DNA of 64,000 bases. Source: Antedon mediterranea. Its lineage: Eukaryota; Animalia; Echinodermata. The notes beneath the pieces were generated by a model. The model saw only the letters and a program-made list of their open reading frames with translations, was not told the origin of the DNA and did no database searches. Below, one piece after another: positions 51,455-63,537 of this stretch; the stretch's first letter is position 1, and each line of letters starts with the position of its first letter. The stretch is taken from NCBI RefSeq assembly GCF_964355755.1, contig NC_092673.1:17171648-17235647 (forward strand), given 5' to 3'. The position numbers and the translations under genes were made by a program.

Positions 51455-51537
51455 GGCCTAAAAAAAAAAATTGTTTGTTTGCTGTCAAGTTTTTTTTTTT
51501 GGTAGGGGGGGGGGGGGGGGGTGGGCGGGTGGAAAAA

Positions 51538-51572
<35 letters not shown>

Positions 51573-52741
51573 GTTAATTTCTCTGTTAATTGCTCGCGAA
51601 TTTGAGAGTAACAAAACACACTGAATAAAACAACGAGCTCAAACATCTATTCATAATTTGTTTCACACTTTAATTCTGTTTTGGCCGCGTTAGGCCCCGT
51701 GTCTAAACTAGCCTAGGCTAGGCCTACTACTACACAGTAGGTCGTTGTTAGCAGGCCTAATTAAATATTTTAATTTTTAGAAGTTAGTGTACCATATATT
51801 TCGGTGTAATAAGTCGCACCTGTGTATAATAAGACGCACCCGACCCCTAACTGAGAATAAAATATCGGTATTTTGTATATCGTCGATGTATAAGACGGCC
51901 GCGTCCAGCCTCATCAAGAAGGGAAGTCCCCCATTCCGTCAGTTCTTTCTAACTTGTTATGAATGAGTTTCGCACCCGCAACATCGAGTGCATGATGACC
52001 GCACGTGTGTGTGGGCTAGCCTCGCTCGATTCTTTTATCGAGAGGCGCACGTTTTCACGGACAATCGTATTCGATTAGTATCTATGTATCCTAGAAGTGT
52101 GTACCCTAGGTCTATGCTATAATCAACTGGAGAATATACTAGTCGAATACTGTGTACACAATGTGGTTGCCAAGAAGGGCTCGCTCGCGCTGGGGGTACG
52201 ACGGTCGTGCGTATAACTATAATACTATTCCAATCGTAAACGTCGTTTTCAAATGAAATTTTATCGGAGCGCCTAAAACAGCTCCATAATGAACAAATCT
52301 TTTCATCATACTTGAAAACTAGCAGGTTGCTGTTACGCTAGTACACTGTAGCTAGGCTAGGCCTACTCTTTAGACTTTAGTAATACTAATAGGCCTAGGC
52401 TAGGCCTTACCTTAAAAAGCCCAGGCCTACCCAATGAGGTGGCGATCTGTGTGTTGAGGCATTTATGTTCGGTGTATAAGACGCACCCTTAATTTAGAGG
52501 TTAAATTTGCGTGTCAAAAGTGCGATTATACACCGAAATATACGCTACGTTATTATTTTTATTGTTTCATCCTCGCACACTCGATTTTTACACCTTTTCG
52601 GCCAAAAAAAATTATTAAAAAAACTTTTTTTTTAAAGCGCCCTCAACGTAAAAAAAAAACTTTTTCTTATTTCCGCCCCAAATTTTTGGCAAAATTAGGG
52701 GCGGCGGATGACAGCAAACAAACTATTTTTTTTTTTTGCCC
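51455..52741. mobile_element. Zator-like non-autonomous element inserted in the LINE endonuclease
   Basis: GGCCTAAAAAAAAAAA..TTTGTTTGCTGTCA / TGACAGCAAACAAA..TTTTTTTGCCC with TSD TAA. Removing it restores VVGIIYRPP. Confidence 0.8.
51792..52545. mobile_element. Tigger/pogo-like MITE nested in the Zator-like element
   Basis: TA-CCATATATTTCGGTGTAATAAG...TTATACACCGAAATATACGC-TA, with internal tataagacgcacc repeats. Confidence 0.7.
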
Positions 52742-55700
52742 TAATATACCGTCCACCTGGAAGTTGTATTGACCATTTTTCTGAATCACTAGACAGTGTT
52801 CTAAGTAAAATTGATTCTGAAAATAAGAAGTGTCACATTATGGGGGATATAAATATTGATCTAATTAAATATCATAATCATCCCAGCACTGGAAATTATC
52901 TTGATCTACTTCTTTCACATTCTTTTTATCCCACTATATCGAAACCTACCAGAATAACTACAACAACTGCCTCTCTAATTGATCACTTTTATACCAACCA
53001 AACTCATTCTAATATTTCCTCCGGTGTTCTTATTACAGATATTTCTGACCATCTTCCCATTTTTTAACTTATTCATGATGACCAATGCCATTATAACAAG
53101 CCTACTGATAGACAGTCTCCCCGCATACAGGATGTTAATGCCTTTTGTAATGACATCATAAACGAAGATTGGTCTGAAGTTTATAACGCCACACCTAATC
53201 TCGCTTTTGACACATTTTTATTAAAATTCTATAATATACATGATAAACATACCACCTATAAATCTGTACCCAAAACTAAAATGTCTAAACAACCATGGAT
53301 GTCGCCTGGTCTTAAAAAATGTAGTAAAAAAAAGCAAAAATTATACAAAAAATTTATTTTATCACAAGATCCTAATCGCAAACTAACATACACAAAATAT
53401 AACAATATGTTTAATAAGCTTTGCCGCACTGCAAAAAAGAATTATTTTTCTTTACAATTTGACACGGTCAAAGGCAATCTTAAAAAAACCTGGTCCATTA
53501 TTAATTCTGTTTTATCCCCTAATAAGTCAAGTCGAAACTATCCCAAACAACTTACAATAAATGACAATACCATTACATCTGAAATAGATATTTGTAATCA
53601 ATTTAATAAATATTTTTCTCAAATTGGCACTTCACTTAAAAATGCAATGCCAGATTCCTTAATTAATCCAAAATCATATCTTCCTGATCCCCTTCTCCAT
53701 TCTTTCTTTATAAATCCTGTAACTGAACATGAAGTGATGATAATTATAAATGATCTTGATCCAAAGAAAGGAGGTGGCGATGATAGAGTTACACCATACA
53801 TTATTAAATTGATTTCTCCATTCATTATTAATCACCTTACGTTCTGTATTAATTCATCTTTTTCTTCAGGTAGTTTTCCCAATTATTTAAAGTTAGCAAA
53901 AGTTATTCCAATTTTCAAGAAAGGTAGACAAGATATACTTTCAAATTACAGACCCATTTCACTACCTTTTCCAAAATCATTGAAAAATTAATGTACTCCC
54001 GTCTCTATGAGTTCCTGGATTGCAATAACGTACTCTTTGCTCATCAATATGGTTTTCGTAAATCTCATTCCACTTCACATGCAATCCTTGATCTCATAAA
54101 TAATGTAACAAACTCCTTTGAAAAAAGACAATTTTTGTTATCTGTCTTTGTCGACTTATCCAAGGCCTTCGATATTATAGATCACCGTATACTTATTAAT
54201 AAACTTAACAATTATGGAATCAGGGGTATTACCTTAAACTGGTTTCGTAGTTACTTAAGTATGAGGAAGCAATATGTCTCGTTTGGTAATTGTATATCAC
54301 CAGAGGAAGAGATGACATGTGGGGTGCCACAAGGGTCGGTTCTTGGCCCTCTCCTTTTTTTAATTTACGTAAATGACTTATCCAGAGTCAGTGACACCCT
54401 CCATGTCATCTCCTTTGCTGATGACACTACACTATTTTTTTCTCATTCAGATTTAAAAGTTTTATTTTCTATAGTTAATAATGAATTGTCAAAATATAAT
54501 GACTGGTTCATCTCAAATAAACTCCTTATAAACTCCATGAAACCAATTACATTCTTTTTCATACACAACGTCAATCGTTAGACCTTACTGATTACAATAT
54601 ATTTATTAATGGAGATAACATTAAACAAACGTCAGAGACTATGTTCCTTGGTGTTTTAATCCAGGAAAACTTGAGATGGACCAGTCATCAGAATCATATT
54701 GCAAATAAAATTTCTAAAACAATTGGGATTATAAATAATCTTAAGCACACTTTTCCCCGGCGTATCCTTCTTTCATTATATAATTCTTTAATTTTACCTC
54801 ATCTTTATTATTGTAACATTATTTGGGCTGCTGACTATCCATCACATCTCGATAAACTTAATAAGCTGATTAAGCGTGCTATTAGAAATATTACTTGTAC
54901 GTCTCGCATTACTCCATCTGAACCTTTATTTTATGAACTTAAGTTACTGAAGTTAGGTGATATACATAAATTGCAAAGTGCCTCTTTTGTCTTTCAATAT
55001 TTTTCTAACAATCTTCCTTCTCCCATGATGAATTTATTTAACACTGCTGATTTCAACCATGGTCATAATTTAAGAAGTACTGTTCATAAGTTTCAGTTAA
55101 CTATTCCTTTTGTAAGATTAACTAGTTCTTCCCACTTTATTTATGTTTCTGGCCCTTTAATTTGGAATCAATTAGATACTAGTATTGTTAACTCTTCCTC
55201 TCTCCCAACTTTTCGTAAAAAACTTAAAAGTAATTTGTTATCATTGTACTCAAACTAGACCTTCAAACTGTTTTTGTCATGACTTTTTTTTATTTTATTT
55301 AATAATTATATACAAATGTATTTTTTTCTTTTGTTTATGGGTCTTGCGTGACAAGTATTCTCTTCTTGCAAGAGCCTCTATTAATGGTATTTTTTGTATT
55401 TTCTCATTATAAATTATCATTCTTTTTTATTGTATTGTTATACCATTGATAGAAACTAATAAATGTTGAATTATTATGGCCACACGAATGTAAAATATAG
55501 GATTTTTATCTTTTTCGTTATTGCTCATCACATTCAATGGAGTTTTCTCCAAGATTTTAAAATTGTTTAGGTCAATCAACTATCTTTCGCATGAGTTAAA
55601 AATATTTTAATTTTTATGACGTCATCATGTCTAAAAATGTAAATAACGTGGTTCACTTATTTTCATCTTTACAGTAAATTTCAATCTGTTATAGCTCGTA

Positions 55701-58700
55701 AGAATAAAAAGTGATAATCATGATTAAAACGTTTTCTGGAAGCTATTGGATTGTAGATACGAAATCATGAGAACATTTTGCCAATTGGATATTGTGACAT
55801 CATCATATGACCAGTTAAATAAAAAAAGTTGTGTTTTCGTCTTTTGCGTCATAGTTCACTACATTTCAAAGAGTGCGTATCAATATTTCACGTATTCAAA
55901 TTTCTTCTACACTTTAATATGTTGTTGCTAAGATAATTTCCTTCCGAAATTGCTACCTTCGTGTTTCATTTTGAAACCATCAACATGTTAAAAATTTGAA
56001 TAAATAGCGGGTCCCGTAATTTCACCTATTCTACACTGTATGTGATAATGATATGTATACAGATTATACTGTGTATAATATGACACAAAATAACAGAACG
56101 TAATTTATTTATTTTTCTCTGTTCTGGGTTGACCAACTAGCATTGGTCTTTCCGTGCTTCCTTTTATAATTGTTTTGTCTTCTTTGTTATGTATATGGCT
56201 GAAATTGAATAAAAAAAAAAAAAAAAAAAATTTAAAAATAAATAATGCCATAATCTTTTTCTGTGTGCAATATTCCAACATATGACGTGCACGTGGCGTT
56301 TGTCGTGCGGATAACTAACTCTTCAAAGTGACGAGTTTCATGTCTAGTTTTTATATTCATATTCATTAAATCAGCCATCATAAATAGGCTAAGTGTAGTT
56401 TCATTTACAACATAATAATGATATTTAAACCTATTTTAATGAAATATCCACTTTGGTAATATTTATTATTTATCAAAAAATCTTAGATATCAAAAATATC
56501 CTATAATTTGTTTTATTACATATAGTCTATGTGATTGGTTGAAACTGCATCACATGACTACCGCTGCGAGGATCGTAAATCGTATATATCCTCGAGTACG
56601 ATGATATTGACTGAGTAATTTTCGCGTAATTATCGTGTCCCTGTCATTCGTTTCGTTTCGTTTATTTATTTTTTCCACTCACTAAACATATAAAACCCAG
56701 CAAATTCTCGAGTGCGATGATATTGACTGTAATTTTCGTGTGGCAACACTCGCGTCATCTACTGAGTCTTGAACTCGCGATGAAATTGTCATTCCATCGC
56801 AAGACAACGCCTCATGTACTGCGCCACGGAACTTGCTTGAAGAAATTAATCAACTAAACTATTTAAACTATGCATACATAGCGCCTTCATTTGTTATTAG
56901 TCCTCCCTAGATGTGATGAAAGACCGTTTGTGATTGGTCAGGGGTTTCGTTAGTAGCCGGCAACCGGCGCATTTGACCGTCTACTTTGACATTTTCGCCG
57001 GCTACTTTCTGTCTACCTAGGCCTACATGGCGCGAGTACTTTTATTAATCAAGAACAATACGTACGTGTTTGTTGTATTTATTACCTTCTCGCGACGACA
57101 CGATGATGATGGATTAAAATAGGATTGTAATTAAATATTTAATCAATTATTTTACCATGTAAAGGGACCTAAAACTCCCTGTCTTTCTTTCTTTCTTTCT
57201 TTCTTTCTTCATCAATCATCAATCATCAATCATCAATCATCAATCCCCAGGATTCACATCAAGCGTCACGCTTCCGTCCCCCCGATTTTTGGTAATTGAC
57301 ACCCTAGATGGCCGGAAATTCATGCTGAATGACACCTCTAGTTTGGTCGGAAACGACACTTATAGTGCACTACCTACTTTTACGCGATAAGAAAACAATT
57401 TTTCGTTCATTACGAATGTCAGGGGGAAGTCCCCAATGACAAAAAATAGGCCTACTCGTCAGTAGGACAACTCTAATTGGCCGGAAACGACACTTAATAG
57501 CGCTAGCAAACAGTAAAACGATCGTAGTGTGAGTTTTTATATTATTTTAACAGAATATTTAATTTAACTTTACAGAATTGTGCTTTGTTTTATGACAATT
57601 ACAGGAATAGCAATACTTTGTTTGGAAATGTTGGTTCATGGCAACCCAGTTGCATCCATTGAAGTGTTTCTCAACTATTTTATTTTTACAGCAAAAATTG
57701 CAATACAATAAAATTACAGATTTTAATTCGAAATTCAGAGGCTTAAAAGGTAATCTTGGTGAACACTACAAGGGTGATCACTATCTTTTGCTCAAATTCT
57801 GCCTAAGTTATCACTTACCTTTCAGGCTTTTCATTTAATAGCACATAAATTGTTCAATAAACTTGTGTTAAAATGTTAATATCAAACGTACTAATGTCTG
57901 TTGTTGGAGAGTACAAAGGTCACAGAAGTTAGGCTGCTGAATATCTTGTAGTACTAAGTATATATATATAGGCATATTTTGAACTTTAAAGGTCACTTCT
58001 TTTTAAAATTGAAAAAATGGATTGACACAGTTATTGCGCATCAGTTTTTTGCACGCAGTATTTTATTTATGCATTATGAAAAATGGAAAAAGTGGCTACC
58101 CTAAATCTGATTAAAATTGCCTCAAATGACGCTAGAACGCGTTGCTTCCAGGGGCTTCGCCATCTGGACCCCCACCGGGGGCCCTTGGCGGCCCCTCCCT
58201 GACACCCAGCCTAGAGAGAGATTAACCAAATTATTAACCAAATAACTGATACGTTTTTCTGATACTCACAATTGCCTACAGGGATGTTTTTGCCGTTTTT
58301 TTAGGGTGTAAAGTATAGCAGCCAAACTGAATGGCAGCCATTTGTTGTGTATTAATTAAAGAAAAGTCATAATTGCCGTTTGGGAAAATGAATCCACAAA
58401 ACAATGTTTCCAGTTGTTGATCTTTCAATCAATTATTATGAACAAAATAATAATCTTCATTCAGTAACGCCAGCATACAAGTCATCTTCATTCAGTAACA
58501 CCAGCATACAGGTCGTCTTCATTCAGTAACGCCAGCATACAGGTCATCTTCATGTAGTAACACCAGCATACAGGTCGTCTTCATTCAGTAACGCCAGCAC
58601 ACAGGTCATCTTCATTCAGTAAAACCAGCATACAGGAGTCATCTGCATGCAGTAACACCAGCATACATCTCATCTTCATTCAGTAACACCAGCATTTATA

Positions 58701-58745
58701 CAGGTCATCTTCATTCAGTAATATGCAGACATACAGGAGTCATCT

Positions 58746-60080
58746 CAGGGCTCGAAATTTACTTTTTTTTCGACTAGCAAACTTTGCTAGTTGTAAAAAA
58801 ATTAACTAGCAAAATCAGCAGCATAACTAGCAATCACAATTTTTTTCGGTAAAATAGTTAAATTCTACATAAATCTGAATTTATTTAGGTGTAGACCTAG
58901 GCCTAGCTTTTAGGTGTAGGCCTAGCTAGCTAGGCAAAGCTGTAGTAGTAGTAGTACTCTTTTTAGCCAAATTAAAAAAAGATCAAGACATGCTTTCATG
59001 CTAGCCAAATCATGGTCGTTTCGGCCTATGGACGATTCGTCCCACTTTTTTTAGGTTGAAACATCAAACTTTTAAAATTTGAAGCGGAACAAAATTGACT
59101 AGGCCTATGTATAAAATATTATTGCCGATGAAAAAACTGAGTTTTATATTGTTTATATCCAGACGTAATTAAAACATTAAATTTAATTGCCACCGAGCGA
59201 AATTGGTAGGCCCTAAACTAATCCGTCCAAGCTACGCCCGCCGTCTCTCGCGCTCCACTCGTACGTCTCTATCCAGGAAATTCACTATCGCACGAGAGAG
59301 GCATGATGTTGGAATAATAGTGGGCTGATCAATAGTTTGAAAACAGCTTACGGCATTTCTTAAGTGAATTTTTATTCAACGTATTCTTCTTTGATGAATC
59401 CTTTGCCCATTGCAGTGTATATCCATGGAGTATACTCCATGGTATATCAGTAATTAAAGTTGTGATGCGAAAGTGTGTGTAATTTAATTCCACAGGTAAA
59501 CAATAGGCATAAGCAAATCCATCGCACAAACAACAGGTACCTCGTGGTGTGCCGAGGAGACGTTCTTCTCGAGCGCGAGATCATAAACAAAATTGGAAGA
59601 GTCCATTAAGTGGGGGGTGTTTACTATTTACGAATCTATTAAATACGCGCTTTGACCACTGTGTAGGCAAAATATTTATTTCGTTAAATCCCTAAATTGA
59701 TAATCGCGTATTCTGTAATCACGTGACTGATGATGTAATCCTTAGCGACGTACTAAATGCACATGCTTTTGTGTTGGGGGAAAAGCTTGCTGTTTATAAT
59801 GCACATCGTTAACAACTATGCTACCACATGATTCACGGTGCTATTCGCGTTTCCTTGACGTAAATTGGCGGCGTGTAAATGAAACAATTGTTTTCACCAA
59901 ATTGGTTCCTATTAGCCGTTGTCGACATAGCGATTGGCGGCTAGCGTGGCTAAGCTAAAAAGTACGTATTTTTTCAAAATTCACACTAGCAAACATTTGC
60001 TAGTTTTGAAATTTTCAACTAGCAATTATCAAGAATCTACTAGCAAAATGCTAGTTTGCTAGCGTGAATTTCGAGCCCTG
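58746..60080. mobile_element. hAT-like element with a 5-bp TSD, inserted into the 31-bp minisatellite
   Basis: TIR CAGGGCTCGAAATT...AATTTCGAGCCCTG with CATCT on both sides and ctagcaa subterminal repeats. It is absent from copy A. Confidence 0.85.
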
Positions 60081-60258
60081 CATCTTCATGCAGTAACACC
60101 AGCATACAGGTCATCTTTCATTCATTTAATGCAAAGGTTTCTGTCTGATGGAATTATGTTTTACATTTCATATTTTCAGAAGAGAATGTGTAGGCTTACT
60201 TTTACACTAGAAGCTGTCGGCATTAATAATTGTTAAATGAAGACACTGTATTTTTGCA

Positions 60259-63200
60259 ATGGAAAGGTACGTTTTTAACAATTATTTCAAACAAAAATAA
60301 CCAGCTCCAATATGTGTTGATATTATTGAAATATGTAACTATTAAAAACAAATTAAAATGTTTGAATAGTTATATTGACATACATATATATAACATACTT
60401 TATAATCAGAATTTATAGTTCAAACAAAAAGAAAACACTTTGATTTTAAGATATTCTTTTGAGAAAAATACTTCAAACTTTCTTAAAAGATTATAAAATC
60501 CAAAATTATTTCTTTCTTTCTTTAAAAATTATGAAATCATAAATATTACAATTAAAGCGCTTATTCTCATTAAATATAATAATAATAATATTTCCATCAA
60601 TCATCATTCTCATTAAATACACGGGTATAAATGGATTATTTCTTACATTTTAACAGGAAACATTTGGTAGAAGCTTTGTCAAGGAATGATTTGAAAACAA
60701 TTAAACAAATCTGTAAGACGCAACCAGATCTTCTGAAATCTATCAATGAGGTATAAAAACAGATATATTTTTATAATATTATCAAAGAAGAAATTCTTTT
60801 CATTAAAGTTTAAAATTATAGAGGATGTAATTTTATTTAATAGTTTAAAGCTTTTTTACTTAATGAATTACAATTCTTTTGCATTATCACACTGATGATG
60901 GAGGTATAACCTGCATATACTGATTAACCACATTAGGCTAAAAATAATAATATAAATACACACTGATGATGGAGGTATAACCTGCATGTACTGATTAACC
61001 ACATTAGGCTAAAAATAATAATATAAATACACACTGATGATGGAGGTATAACCTGCATGTACTGATTAACAACATTAGGCTAAAAATAATAATATAAATA
61101 CACACTGATGATAGGGGTATAACCTGCATGCACTGATTAACAACATTAGGCTAAAAATAATAATATAAATACACACTGATGATGGAGGTATAACCTGCAT
61201 GTACTGATTAACCACATTAGGCTAAAAATAATAATATAAATACACACTGATGATGGAGGTATAACCTGTATGTACTGATTAACCACATTAGGCTAAAAAT
61301 AATAATATAAATACACACTGATGAAGGAGGTATAACCTGCATGAACTGATTAACCACATTAGGCTAAAAATAATTTGCTAGTGTAATAGGCTAACATTCT
61401 ATAGATATGCTGTGGTAAACCATTCTATTTTGTTCTACTCATTTATTAATAATGATAATTATGATTATTTACCACAATATTTAGCAGCAATTGTTGTTGT
61501 TTGTATTGACAAAAAACAAACAATTTCACATAATGTCTGTTGTCAGTATTTATAAACTTCATTATGATTCCTTTCCAGTATGGTGACACTCCATTACATT
61601 CATATCTGGTGATTGGATATACACCTACCTTAGAAATAGTGACGTGTCTCATTCAGCATGAGGCACCATTAGCATTGCAAAATAAGGTAATGTACAGGGA
61701 TTTGCTAGTGTAATAGGCTAACATTCTATAGATATGCTGTGGTAAACCATTATATTTTGTTCTACTCATTTATTAATAATGATAATTATGATTATTTACC
61801 ACAATATTTAGCAGCAATTGTTGTTGTTTGTATTGACAAAAAACAAACAATTTCACATAATGTCTGTTGTCAGTATTTATAAACTTCATTATGATTCCTT
61901 TCCAGAATGGTGACACTCTATTACATTCATATCTGTGGAGTGGATATACACCTACCTTAGAAATAGTGACTTGTCTCATTCAGCATGGGACACCAGTAGC
62001 ATTGCAAAATAAGGTAATGTACAGGGATTTGCTAGTGTAATAGGCTAACATTCTATAGATATGATGTGGTAAACCATTCTATTTTGTTCTACTCATTTAT
62101 TAATAATGATAATTATGATTATTTACCACAATATTTAGCAGCAATTGTTGTTGTTTGTATTGACAAAAAACAAACAATTTCACATAATGTCTGTTGTCAG
62201 TATTTATAAACTTCATTATGATTCCTTTCCAGGATGGTGACACTCCATTACATATATATCTGTGGAGTGGATATACAACACCTACCTTAGAAATAGTGAC
62301 GTGTCTCATTCAGCATGGGGCACCAGTAGCATTGCAAAATAAGGTATTGTACAGGGATTTGCTAGTGTAATAGGCTAACATTATATAGATATGCTGTGGT
62401 AAACCATTCTATTTTGTTCTACTCATTTATTAATAATGATAATTATGATTATTTACCACAATATTTAGTAGCAATTGTTGTTGTTTGTATTGACAAAAAA
62501 CAAACAATTTCACATAATGTCTGTTGTCAGTATTTATAAACTTTATTATGATTCCTTTCCAGAATGGGAACACTCCATTACATTCATATCTGGGGAGTGT
62601 ATATACACCTAACTTAGAAATAGTGACGTGTCTCATTCAGCATGGGACACCAGTAGCATTGCAAAATAAGGTAATGTACAGGGATTTGCTAGTATAATAG
62701 GCTAACATTCTATAGATATGATGTGGTAAACCATTCTATTTTGTTCTACTCATTTATTAATAATGATAATTATGATTATTTACCACAATATTTAGCAGCA
62801 ATTGTTGTTGTTTGTATTAACAAAAAACAAAAAATTTCACATAATGTCTGTTGTCAGTATTTATAAACTTCATTATGATTCCTTTCCAGGATGGTGACAC
62901 TCCATTACATTCATATCTGGTGCATGGATACGCTATCTTAGAAATAGTGACGGGTCTCATTCAGCATGGGGCACCAGTAGCATTGCAAAATAAGGTAATG
63001 TACAGGGATTTGCTAGTGTAATAGGCTAACATTCTATAGATATGCTGTGGTAAACCATTCTATTTTGTTCTACTCATTTATTAATAATGATAATTATGAT
63101 TATTTACCATAATATTTAGTAGCAATTGTTGTTGTTTGTATTGACAAAAAACAAACAATTTCACATAATGTCTGTTGTCAGTATTTATAAACTTCATTAT

Positions 63201-63537
63201 GATTCCTTTCCAGGATGGTGACACTCCATTACATTCATATCTGTGGGGTGGATATACACCTACCTTAGAAATAGTGACTTGTCTCATTCAGCATGGGACA
63301 CCAGTAGCATTGCAAAATAAGGTATTGTACAGGGATTTGCTAGTGTAATAAGCTAACATTATATAGATATGCTGTGGTAAACCATTCAGCAGCAATTGTT
63401 GTTGTTTGTATTGAAAAAAAACAAACAATTTTACATAATGTCTGTTGTCAGTATTTATAAACTTCATTATGATTCCTTTCCAGGATGGTGACACTCCATT
63501 ACATATATATCTGAGGAGTAGTTTTGTTTTGATTTAG
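60259..63537 (+). CDS. Ankyrin-repeat protein, copy 3 (young tandem array; the 3' end probably lies beyond the window)
   Basis: Exons: 60259-60266. 60657-60750 (KHLVEALSRNDLKTIKQICKTQPDLLKSINE). 61579-61686 (YGDTPLHSYLVIGYTPTLEIVTCLIQHEAPLALQNK). 61906-62013 (NGDTLLHSYLWSGYTPT...). 62233-62343 (DGDTPLHIYLWSGYTTPT...). 62563-62670 (NGNTPLHSYLGSVYTPN...). 62890-62994 (DGDTPLHSYLVHGYAI...). 63214-63321 (DGDTPLHSYLWGGYTPT...). Broken unit from 63484 (DGDTPLHIYLRS then SFVLI*). The six complete repeat exons are all AG/GT and phase 0. Confidence 0.85.
60890..61374. repeat. 69-bp minisatellite, ~7 copies
   Basis: Same unit as 42001-43137. It directly abuts the ankyrin array. Confidence 0.95.
61375..63519 (+). 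repeat. 327-bp tandem array (219-bp intron + ~108-bp ankyrin exon), ~6.5 units
   Basis: Exon starts at 61579, 61906, 62233, 62563, 62890, 63214 and 63484. Spacing is 327/327/330/327/324/270; the last intron carries a 57-bp deletion. Confidence 0.97.

Larger units (their letters stand above)
50241..55477 (+). mobile_element. CR1/L2-group LINE: ORF1 3' part plus frameshifted APE-RT ORF2
   Basis: ORF1 tail IENAHRTG...PRHIIAKF...EDLP...LYIDG ends at 50572. The endonuclease shows HLNIRS, GLSETWL, GGGVALFV, GDINIDL and SDHLP. The RT shows DLSKAFD, GVPQGSVLGPLLF and FADD. ORF2 is split into ORFs starting 50926, 52708, 53281, 53991 and 54641. Confidence 0.93.
49661..56347 (-). mobile_element. Non-autonomous Helentron/DINE-1-like element hosting a LINE
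   Basis: Hairpin ttatccgcggataac at 49664 (longer agttatccgc-ttagta-gcggataact in the paralog at 36723). gcggataact recurs at 56307. The element ends ctagttttt. Confidence 0.65.
46548..61374 (+). repeat. Segmental duplication, copy B (continues into ankyrin gene copy 3)
   Basis: Starts cccttatcaatacaccaagccatccatctcg, identical to 13765, and is collinear with copy A. Confidence 0.9.

Noticed and set aside
61446-63494. Repeated 68-69 aa minus-strand ORFs
   Set aside because: They are antisense shadows of the ankyrin exon/intron units. Splice signals and the ankyrin consensus are on the + strand.
61375-63519. CRISPR-like reading (constant repeat plus variable spacer)
   Set aside because: The context is eukaryotic, the variable parts are homologous spliced exons rather than unique spacers, and no cas genes are present.
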